From the NCBI GenBank assembly GCA_051294905.1, contig CM119373.1, positions 5,952,001 through 6,016,000 on the forward strand: a stretch of 64,000 bases of DNA, read 5' to 3'. Shown piece after piece: positions 49,701 through 60,199 of the stretch. Origin of the DNA: Botryllus schlosseri. Taxonomy: Eukaryota. Under the pieces are notes generated by a model. The model ran no database searches and was not told where the DNA came from. It worked only from the letters and a program-made list of their open reading frames with translations. A program made the position numbers and the translations under genes. The number at the start of each line of letters is the position of its first letter. The stretch's first letter is position 1.

Positions 49701-52700
49701 GATGAATCGACTTGACTCGAGTCATTGCGCATGACTCGAACCAAGTCATATGACTCGAGACTCTGAAGGCCAAGACCGACGTTTCATTGTAATTTCGAGG
49801 AATAGTAAAGTAATCACACTATTGGGATTTCGTCTCATGGTACTGGTACTTAAAAATGCGTCCCGAAACTGCTAAAAATGACGAAAATTAGTATATTATA
49901 AATTCGAACCATTCGATATCACCAAACAGAGTTATAAAAAGTGGATTTAACAAGCCTTTAACTCGAAACTGGCAGTCAACACAATGACTTGGACTCGACT
50001 CGAGTCATAATACCATGACTCGGACTCGACCCTCTGCTCAGTGACTTGGACTCGGACTTGACTTGGTGGTGAATTCAAAATGACTCGACTTGACTCGAGT
50101 CAAAACTATAAAACTGAGATTGGCTTGTGACTCGGAGCCTTGTGACTTGGTTACAACCCTGGTTCACACACAGAACGCGAACGTGAACCTCACGTTCACA
50201 CCATCCCTAATCGTAATTGTAATCAACGATTACTATTTGACCAATCAAATCGATTTCATTGCAAAAGATTGACTACTCACCTTTTCACTTTTACGAGGAC
50301 AGAAGCTAAACATTTGTGAACAATAAATATCGAGTTGTGACAATTTATTGACAGCAGGAAGATCGAATTTGTAAACTGTTCTGCTCATTATTACTAACGT
50401 CACATGTTCGCGATATGCTTGTCATGGTGTCGTAAATAACAAATCATCCACAAGTGTTCGATGGATATTATATGTAATAGTAAGTTTGAGAAAGGAATCG
50501 TGATGGCTAATCGGTAATTTGTAAAATGACCATAAATGTCATCGACAACAACAACGCCATACGCTTTGGAATTGAAGACTCCACCATTCGCTCCAATCTT
50601 CCTATCTAAAGCAGACGAGGCATTCTGCGCGCATCTGTCCATGATGTAGGTCATCTGCCTCAGTTTGGCTGTCGAGAATGTCGGAGTCAAAGACGATCTG
50701 ATGCGCTTCCACTGATTTCCCTCGACTGTACTCAATGATTGGTTCATCTCTTCCCCGTTAATCTTGGCAAGTGTCCCCTGTGGTAGCGAATAATTTTTAT
50801 CTTATTAGTGTTCCTAGGTCCTTGCCGGGACTACAACAATGCATGATACGAACACCCGCACACATGTACCTTCTGACATACATCGTGACGGTATATACAA
50901 AACAAGTCGCAGAAGACCAATCGCGCGCTGTGTCTGCAAACAGGAATGTGGCTACAAAAGGCGGGCAAAATAGGAAAGAAATAAGAAAATCTGCTCGTAT
51001 CATTTGGAATTATTAAAGGATTCTTCGTGTTGAGAGGCCATTCCATTACGCTCTACTCATGCTTTACGTAGGAAAAGAGTTCAACACACGTTCCATATTA
51101 GTCACAACCGTAGTCCAAGGCAAGTCGCTGATCGTATGACTTGGTACCGCATATGTGATCATGATCATTAGGGAATCTTGTGACTTCATATGCAATACTC
51201 CATGACGCACACCAATTATTACGTATGTCTGCTCCGATCCATCCTTAAGATATAACGAAATAAAATCCCGATATAATATTAACCTCGAATAGGGTCGACT
51301 CTAAATGAACACCAATGAGGCTACTTTACCTGCCGCACGGAAAAAGACTGGAATTCCTTGATATATATTTGTCTCAGCAGTTGCGGATCATGTATAGTGA
51401 TGCTTGGTGATAAAAATGTATACGCTCTGAAATACGAATTGTTCTCTTGTAAAGCTGGAATAATTCTACAAATCAGAAATAATATAATAAACCATCTATC
51501 TCAGGCAATATTTGTGCATGAACAATTAACATTTACCAATTATGAAAGGGACTTATGGTACATCTCAATTGCCCATGGTCATCAATATTAATCAATGTAT
51601 ACCATTCAACTCAAGTCTATCCAGTATCCATCATAGATGCATGCTTCATTGTATAAAACCTGAGGGGCTAAAAGTAGTGAATATAGCAAGTCAAGTAGAA
51701 GTAGCGACGCAACAATCTATTGAAGTACGAGTTGAAGTTGTGCTTACTAAATCATACTAAAGCTACTTCAAGCAGAAGTGATATTGTCAGGCTTTAAATC
51801 TATTAATTGTAAAAATCAGTTTTAAATGCACTCTCGTGGGACTGTTCAAAACTTGAAATTGAGTGTGCAGGTCGATTAAAACTACTCGAGTACTTCGAAA
51901 AGTAGAAGTACTTCGTTACTGACTACCTCCAAGTAAAACTATATAAAGTACACTTTCCTACGTTACAACCTAATCCCATTTACCCCCATATTGGTCCATG
52001 TTTCTTCTTCATTTCGTTGTCGTACGAAAAGGCCTTTGAAATGAAAGAAACAATCGAATTTAAAATCGGACATCATACTGTGGAGTAGGCCTATGCATCA
52101 TTTTCACTCGTCATTAGAAATATCCACGAAATGCATCCCTGTCTTACCGACTATTTATAAGTGTAGCAATACTTACGCCATCGCCCAAAAGTCGACGCAT
52201 GTGACCTAATTGGAACAGATTCGGCGCGTCGTGAGGTATGTTGAGGTCCTTCAAAAACTGCCATTTCCGACGAACATAGTACCTGAACACGAAACAAGGG
52301 CTATGAAAATTTTAATTAGAATCATGTGTAATCGGGCATGTCTTGTAGCGCGACTTTAAATTTCTTGACCACGTAGGTGGGTAATAAACTCCATTTGTGT
52401 ATTGTAAAATATAATTCTAGCAGAGGAGGTTAAATTAGTCAGCATTCTACAGTAGAAGTAGAAGCAGCGGCACCAGCTTCTACTTAATTACAAGAAGTAG
52501 CCCTTCACAGGAAACATCCGAATATAATACCTTACGCCTAAATAGAAAACGAAGATCCGATAAATAATCAAGTAGGTAAGTATCACCATGAAACAGATGT
52601 TGTCCCAGGGATCGCGTACATTATTAAAAAGTTCTTCAGAGGTGGCTATTGTTAAAATTTCTGCATAAATCTTGAAGACTAACACAAATGGCACTTTAAA

Positions 52701-53674
52701 TAGCTGCAGCTTTCTTTATATGATGGGGTCATCAAAATCGGCAAAATGAATTAGGCAACAGTGAAAAAAACACTTGCTCCGTGGCGTTATTCAGGTTATA
52801 TAATTCGTTCAAACGTCCTAATAATTTGGATCAAATGTTATGATAAGATCAATCGGCCATAAATACTTGTTGTCTTTACAGACAACCACATTATACATCG
52901 GACCAGCCCGATATCATATGTAGAGTGCCATAGCAGTGTTTAATCCGATATAGTGGCCCATGGAACGAATCTGACGACTGAGGCAAGCCGTACAGGGTTT
53001 TGTAGTACTAGTCGGATTTGAACCGGAATAGAAGAATCGAATCCAATGCATCGTATCGGGAGCTGTCTGGAAGTCAATAAATAGAGATCTCGTGCAGTAG
53101 GCTAATTGTACGCCAATTAAGTTATGAACTGTCATTCATTTTTAACTTTACATTCTGCTGTGCCAACAAGGAGGTGCATGTTGTCATTTTGAACGCAGTC
53201 GCTTCTTGGGCTATGCTATAATATTGGCAAATCTTCAATTAGACTGCGGCTACTTTGATAAATTTGCAAAGAGCTGATTTGAAGTATACCTTGCACGGAC
53301 ACACCGTATTAATCCTATTTGAATAACATAGAAGACTACTTCTCGGTGACCGTACTTTGCATGAAGACGCAGAGCAGATTTAAAGCTAATATACAAAATA
53401 TGTCAATCTGCCATCCTTAATTTTACGGTTACAAAGCTTATCATGCGCCAAATGTTGATTTGTTAATGCAATCGGACAATTACTCTTTGTTTTCCTTGGT
53501 AGAAATTCTTATTCCTGTGTAAGTGCACATTTGTAATACGTTGTAGCGAATCCTATCTATTTTTATTCACAATAAGCTGTAAAATGCGTCCATGATTACT
53601 TACCATGTTAGAGCAATAAAACTGATAATAAGAGTCCATGTTTCCGGAGATATCATATCTATTAGCGCCCACAT
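40791..53674 (-). CDS. Cytochrome P450, clan 3 / CYP3A-like, copy D (13 exons, 514 aa, apparently intact)
   Basis: Exons 53674-53604 (MWALIDMISPETW), 52282-52177, 52033-51984, 51426-51330, 50777-50563, 48592-48438, 46844-46714, 46131-46050, 45404-45244 (AGFENT), 45173-45085 (ETLR), 44376-44239, 44170-44014 (PFGGGPRNCIATRF), 40883-40791 (TAA); 1545 nt, no stops or shifts seen. Confidence 0.93.
42356..43196. mobile_element. hAT element, GACTC/GACTT-array family (841 bp)
   Basis: TIR CAGTGTTGGGAT; TSD GTACATTC / GTACATTG (7/8); interior is the reverse complement of 55687-56682. Confidence 0.9.
43575..43768 (-). mobile_element. tRNA-derived SINE, family 2
   Basis: Minus strand GGCGACATAGCGCAGTGG...CGTTCGAGTCC (A/B boxes) without a closable cloverleaf; the body aligns with ~46915-47070 (+). 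Confidence 0.65.
44801..44989 (-). pseudogene. Decayed tandem duplicate of the end of copy D exon 9, intron 9 and exon 10 (pseudo-exon inside intron 10)
   Basis: 44966-44989 matches the exon 9 3' end (VDEIYARK|gtgac). 44801-44892 matches exon 10 but reads KFDDETTTEMK*LEISVNKTVIRIYNPILR: in-frame stop and ExxR lost. Confidence 0.8.
47197..47869. repeat. Foldback / long imperfect inverted repeat (intron 6 of copy D)
   Basis: GTGAAAAATGGAAAATTTGGAATTTCAAA pairs with TTTGAAATTCCAAATTTTACATTTTTCAC. The inner CCCTGTAGTGGTC...CCGCTTACACTAGAAAGCT block pairs with AGCTTTCTAGTGTAAGCGG...GACCACTAGAGGG. Confidence 0.85.
48723..50209. mobile_element. hAT element with GTGAAC motifs (TIR TAGGGATGGTGTGAAC), hosting a nested element
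   Basis: TIRs at 48723 and 50209; TSD ATCGTGAT / ATCGTAAT. A related left end is inserted in the piggyBac at ~18456. Confidence 0.85.
49652..50161. mobile_element. hAT MITE with GACTC arrays nested in 48723-50209
   Basis: TIR CAGGGTGGTAA / TTACAACCCTG; perfect TSD GTTCACAC (49644-51 / 50162-69). Confidence 0.9.
52520..53110 (-). mobile_element. Possible highly decayed non-LTR reverse transcriptase remnant (intron 1 of copy D)
   Basis: Ordered motif echoes on the minus strand: LFIDFQTAPD (~FIDFxKAFD), VFMAD* (~YADD), FYLGV (~YLG); frames are broken. Confidence 0.35.
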
Positions 53675-55132
53675 TTTCCAATGTATGCGTTGAGTCTTAA
53701 AATAACAGATGATTGTGGGTGTAGCATCGATAGAACGGATGCCGACATCCGACATGTGTATTATATGGTCTTAGCAGTTTTTTTCATGGTCAGGACTATA
53801 AATATGAAATTCATTGATGATGGTCTGCCTTCACCGGTCCAGCGGTTGGGCGGGGCGGGCGGTCAATAATTGCATAAGTCAAAATTCCAACAAAAGTCGC
53901 ATCGCCAACTAGGGTATTATGGATTAGTTCACTTACGATGAACAAGATGTATATGTAACTAGGGTTACCATACGTCCTCTTTTTTGACATTTTTGAAAGT
54001 GTCCTCGGAGGACGCCAAAATGTACTCTTTTTTGAGAATTTGTCCCCTACTTATTGATAATTTTGGTTAAATGTATCTTAAAACTCAGCCGAGATATAGG
54101 AAATCAGTTCTGAAATAACGTTCAGGCGAGGCATTCGGGAGCTGAGTCAGAAAGTTGATCTTATTTTTTAGACAACCAACTACATAATCGCATTAAATTC
54201 ACCAATTTTTCCGGATTTGTAAGTCTTGATATTTTTTAAAAGGGCCTCTTTTCAGATTGCCAAAATATGGTAACCCTAATATTAACCGACAAATTAAGAC
54301 GACGACAAAGCGAGAACTGCGGCAGAAGATCGACAATCGAAAAAGACGGTTTGTCACACTTTCCAATACACGGCCTAGACGGCTTCAGTGCGACAGAAAA
54401 CGACAGGCTAGATTAACAGTTCCCACTTTTTTCTTCATTACACAGTAGCTATTGCTGATTTATCCCGAACCTTAATTCCTCACAACCTAAATCGTCTACC
54501 CAACTCTTTAAATGCAACTTCCATATACATAATTTAGTGATACCTTGCTTATCTAGTAAAGACACGCTTTTGGTGCACAGTTAAGAATTAATAGTGGCGA
54601 CCCGTGTAAATAAACCGATGATTGTGGCAGTTGGTAACATTTTTCTCCACAAACATCAATCCGCGGTCGACATAATTATGATCGTATACAATCTTTTAGG
54701 ATTATACGTTTTATCAAACTTTAAATTTTACCATAGGAATATGCTGGGTGACACAACCCAGCTATGCTATATGCTTAATTGAGCGCGCCCAATATCTTTC
54801 TGACTGCTGTTTCATGTAAACAAAGAGCGTTTTAAATCAATATTTGTTTTTTGTTCAAACGCTGTAAATTCTACCATAATCGTGTAAATACTTTCGAAAA
54901 AACAGCTGGTATGAGCCTATGGCTGCAACCCTCGAAATCGTCGTCGGTTCAACGGTTACAGAAGGTAAATATAGATCATTGGCTGTTCTGATGATGATGA
55001 CCACAGTCAATAAAAATGCTGTAAAATAAAGTATTCCGGGTTTAGGATATTTTGGTCTGTTTATGACAGGGTCGGGAGCCATTTTCGTGAAAGGAGCAAT
55101 ATATACCCTATATTTTCAATTGTCTATGACAA

Positions 55133-57523
55133 CACTGGTCAACAAAATGATTTTTTTTAGGCAGAATATCTGAGAGCCGTTTCTGGGGTTTTTGAGGTTG
55201 CTGATTACGAATATTACATTAGTTTTGTCCGATTGGCTCTTTGTCGGAAGATATTTATATCCCTAAAATAGCCCAAAACTGCTTACATATTTCACTTGCT
55301 TATAAGAAAATCGTAGTTTTTTCTAATTTTATGCTGAGCATGAAGAAATAATTGACTATGAAGAACCCTCATGTCGTTCTCAGTCATTCTATCAATATTA
55401 ACATGATGTGATGAGAAATATTTGTTTGTCAAAAAAGCAGTTTGTGGAGCCTAAAAATTGTACTTTGCACAACGGAAATACATATTCTTCTGTGTCAATT
55501 GGTCATCCTACCAAGATTAAAGAGGAGTATAAAACTAAATTTGTCCTTGAAAAGCTTGACCGCAATACTCAAATGCGTCTCATTTCTCTGACTGGTAATT
55601 GGATAATTTTACCGCTGAGTCAACAAAGTCGGTATACCTTGTAACTCTATCAAACGAGAAGCTTAAATATGGTATCTGGTGCATTCCAGTGTTGGGATCA
55701 AGTCACTACCTTCGAGTCACGAGTCATCTCGAGTCATTGCCCATTTTGACTCGAGTCAAGTCAAGTCAATCGATTTTCGAAGGTGACTCGAGTCAAGTCA
55801 AGTCACTCGTTTTTTGGAGGTGACTCGAGTCAAGTCAAGTCAAGTCAAGTCAAGTCACGAGTCAAGTCACAATTCAAGTCAAATTGAATTTTCGAAGTAT
55901 GAGTGATGATTCAAAGTCATTACATTTTGCTAGCTGTGTGAATGACCGATTAATTGGCCATTTATCTCGATTCAAATAACGAATATAAAGTTAAATATAC
56001 ATGCAAAAAGGCGTTGTATCGCTTACGCACACGTAAAACTGCTGATATATTACTTGAGTAACGGTACAGCTGCATGCTACGCTACAGTCAGTTATTATCA
56101 GCCAAAATATAGAAACGAATGCGAAAGCTCGAGAAGTTGATATAGTACAATAGCCTACACCACCCATCTACACATTCGTGAAAATATAAACGCACAAACT
56201 ATAGTTGTTCGATTTCTATCATACAAGAGGGTTGGTAAAGGTCAGCACTGCGCAACTTAAGCAAGCCGTCCAAGAAACAGGGTCACATTGCTATTAGATT
56301 AATCTACTATACTACGGCAACGTAAGCTGTGATAGTTTCGTTTGCGGTCAATTTATTTATGATGTAACAATGCAGGATGAGTGTAACGTACAATCAGTGA
56401 ACGGCTGGTTGCTCTCGCAAGTGACACCGCCGTAGCTCGAACAATCCAATCCAAACGTAGGCTACACAAGAAACAGTGATTTAATCGATACCGTTTACTT
56501 GATGACTTGAAATTGACTCGTAAATTTTGCTCCGAGTCACGAGTCAATGCACATTTCTGAAGCTCCGAGTCAAGTCAAGTCAAGTCATTTTTCCAAAGTG
56601 ACTCGAGTCAAGTCAAGTCATACGAAAAAGTTGACTCGAGTCTGACTCGAGTCAAGTCATGACTTGAGTCATCCCAACACTGGTGCATTCTAATTGGATT
56701 GAAAGATTGCAATTTCACATTTCACTGCATGTAGTTTCTCCTAAGATGTAGTAAATGAAACTTTTTAGATCATCAAAAAGCACCCAACTACAAACAGTTG
56801 GTCCGAAAATTCGTAGCTGCATATCGAAATCTTGAGCACAAACATGGGCATAAAAGTTCACTTTCGGTTCAGACATCTGTATATATTTCCCGATCATCTT
56901 GTTGATCAGCAAGGGGAAAGGTTCCCGAGACATCAGAACAACAACAAAAAGATACCAGGGCTAATGAGATGAAAAATTGAACATATTATGGGAGATCATT
57001 GCCGGAACCTTTCGAGAAACTGCACCAAATAGCTTACAGGCGAAAATCGTACAAAAAACAATTTTGCTTTAAAATAAACTAATAATATTATATTCCAACT
57101 GAATATTTCAAATTTACAATAGGTGGTTGACTTAAAAGTGATTAAATTAATGCCACGTTATTTGAATATCTAAGGTAAATACTTATACACATGACTGGAG
57201 TTTATTTATGTACAATTGTACATGATACCCGTGATAGTATGTAACTATGATAAATATATTACCCCTAAATATAGTGCTGTTGCTGTATTTTGAGTTGAAA
57301 GAGTCTTCTGTGAGTAAAAATAACAAGTAGATTGGATTTTAAAGCATTATAGTACGACTGAGCCGATTTTCTATCTAGTCATTACCGCGAAAATGGGAGG
57401 TTTTTGTCAAAATAGCCCCATGGGTTATCTCCACAACACTAAGGTCATATTTTGAATCAGTGGCATTCAGAACACCCAAAGCCACTCGTACTTTGCCTGC
57501 CCAAAAATATGTTTTGACCAGTG
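55133..57523 (+). mobile_element. Chapaev3-like (CMC) DNA transposon relic, interrupted by a hAT element
   Basis: TIR CACTGGTCAA / TTGACCAGTG. Remnants LHNGNTYSSVSIGHPTKIKEEYK..VLEKL (~55465-55560) and MGIKVHFRFRHLYIFPDHL.DQQGERF..DIRT..KRYQG (~56843-56960) resemble the LHNGN...H...KExY and MSxKVHFLHSHLDxFPxNLGxVSxEQGERFHQDI...RYQG motifs. Family assignment is from recall. Confidence 0.75.
55687..56682. mobile_element. hAT element, GACTC/GACTT-array family (996 bp), nested in the Chapaev3-like relic
   Basis: TIR CAGTGTTGGGAT; perfect TSD GTGCATTC. Confidence 0.92.
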
Positions 57524-59695
57524 TAATCCATTGTGGCGTTACAATGAAAGATTCATGACATCATGGCTGAATTAGGAAATTGAATAAAAAACATGTTTTA
57601 AACAAGGGCAATGTTTTAAACATGTTTGTTTTCATTTGATTTTCCGTTTTAAATGCAACTATATCTGACATATATGATAGAAGACAATCGCCTTTTACCG
57701 CAACATAAAAGTTCTTGTGTACAAGTAACCCGCAATGTTATATGAAAGCTTCATTGCACATCATGCCACTCATGCTAGACGGATTTGCGACAGGGTAATT
57801 GGTTACATCCTGACTTCAAAATGGGTTTTTGTAAACGGCACACGATAAAATTTGTGACGTATGCAGTCCAGAGCGGCCAACTAGTAACCGCAATAGCAGT
57901 GTTGGAGCTGCGTAAATATGTATAATAATCATACTGCAAATAGGCTATTATAGAGTGTCTGTTCCCCACCAGAAACCTCTGAATTCTCCACCGGTTTCGA
58001 ATCACTGGATTAAATCATGATAAAGTGGCGGTAAATCATCAAGAAATTGTACGGTTTCCGATTCTGCAATTTTCACTTTTTCACTCGAATATATACATCC
58101 TCTTAGCTCTAAAAGCTGTGAAGGGGCGAATTGTCAAAAAAGGTGGACATTTAGTCGCATTTTACAAAACCTGAAAAGGAGGACAAATCTTCCTAAAGGA
58201 GAACGTATGTTAACCCTACGCAAGTGCACACTGACATTGGGCCCACTGGTATATCATTTGTAAACTGGAGCCCATTTTTGATGACAGTTCAAACTCCGCG
58301 ATATACTACTGACCATCGTCAGTGTTGAGCAATATCTCATCTTCGATAACCAATCAGGGTTTTGAGACTGATTTTAGGTACGTTCTATCGGTTTATTTTT
58401 CGTCAACTTCCAGATTCCCGTTGCATCCTCACTGCTAGACCCACCAAATCCCAACCGTATGATCACAATATTTTAGGTCAGTTATCACAAATTATTCCTG
58501 CAAACACTTCTTTTCATCTAATCCCCTATGATACGCATTTCGGCCGTCTCCTACGAGCATGGTGCATCTCATGTGTCGTATACCTTTAATACGACTCAAT
58601 TCTGACAATTCTGTTTCTCAGCCGCGCCTTCACGATAAGAAGCCCATATTAATTAGGCTAACTAAGTTTAACGAAATATATTGTTCACGCCATTTTAAGA
58701 TTTGAGCAATAGGAAGTGTTGTGAACCTTACCTAATTCCCTGAAGTGAAAACCCGAAAGACCTTCGTGAGTCGTCTATTTGTCGTGTGAATTTAAGAGAA
58801 ATAAATCGTACGATGTTTGGTGCATGTAATCTGTTGTGGCTATGATATATATACGGATGTAATACAGCGTACATATACATTCATGATTATTAGCTGATTC
58901 GGAAGTCGATATACATTCATGGTTATTTCGATGATTCGGAAGTCGATAGACATTCATAAGTACTTCTCTGGTTGGGTGGAGATATACTGCATTTTGAACG
59001 TACGTGATATTCAATAAAGTTACAAGCCGGGGAGACGGAAACAAAATAAATTCGTCAGTGTGATCCATCGAATTCGTGTGCAAGAGACAGGCCTGGTGGT
59101 ACGTCAGCCAACAAGGCCGTACGGCGTGGTAAGCCGGTCCGTCGAACGAAAAAAGAAACACGCAGCGAATTGTAAACGCAACCTTCTTGGAGTCAGATAT
59201 ACAATTATACAACTACAAACGTTCGCTCTGCGTTAAACTAAGCAACACTCTGTTCCATCATAGATTCGCGGCAGTGATCACACAGATCAGTAATATTACT
59301 AATATAGCATAACTGTGAAAATTAGCAAACCAACCAACCAACCACTTATTTGCTCAAAGCCAGCCGTCCAAAGTTCACAGATGCTGTTTGCGAAGTTCAT
59401 AGAGAATGGCGACCATCGACACCGCAATTTTATTTAGGATTAGCTATAACTGTGAAGGATTTACTAACTCAGAACTGTTCTCTTTTAAATTACCAAATCG
59501 GTAATAAGCTTAGGCACAGATATTCGAGCATTACAATTCCAAGCGATAGTATTTATGACGATCCAGGTCAACTTTCATGGCAGCCTTGAAACCTGAATTG
59601 GCCGTATCACAGTATACGAAACGTGTAGCTGTAGTACAAGACTACGCAAGTAGTTATGTAGATCGGTCGTGAGCGGCTATTGTGGCTTATGGGTC

Positions 59696-60060
59696 CGCTC
59701 GCACGCGGCTGGGAAACTCGTATTGGCACGCGGCTCCTTATGTCTTATGGGCCCGCTCGCACGCGGCTATTGCGTCTTATGACCCCTCTCGCACGGTAAC
59801 TCTTTTCAGTATAGCGATCGCTCGCACGCGGCTGGGAAACTCGTATTGGCACGCGGCTCCTTATGTCTTATGGGCCCGCTCACACGCGGCTATTGCGTCT
59901 TATGGCCCCTCTCGCACGGTAACTCTTTTCAGTATAGCGATCGCTCGCACGCGGCTGGGAAACTCGTGTTGGCATGCGGCTCTTATGTCTTATGGGTGCG
60001 TTGGCATGCGGCTATTGCGTCTTGTGGTCGCGCGGTAACCCTTTTCAGTATAGCTCGCAA
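59696..60060. repeat. Minisatellite, 123-bp unit, about 3 copies
   Basis: Unit starts CGCTCGCACGCGGCTGGGAAACTCG at 59696, 59819 and 59942. Confidence 0.92.
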
Positions 60061-60199
60061 GCGGCTTCGTTGTTGGCATGTTGTACTTTGTGTTGAATAT
60101 GTATCAAGTAAATAGTCATGTGATTGATCCTTAGGTAATGTGTATATTCCAAATTACGGCGAGTACGACAATGATATATCGTTATTCTTATGGACGCGA

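Noticed and set aside
55740-55870. Regular GACTCGAGTC/CAAGT repeats that could be mistaken for a CRISPR array or binding-site cluster
   Set aside because: No unique spacers, eukaryotic context, and they are enclosed by TIRs and 8-bp TSDs, so they are hAT subterminal arrays.
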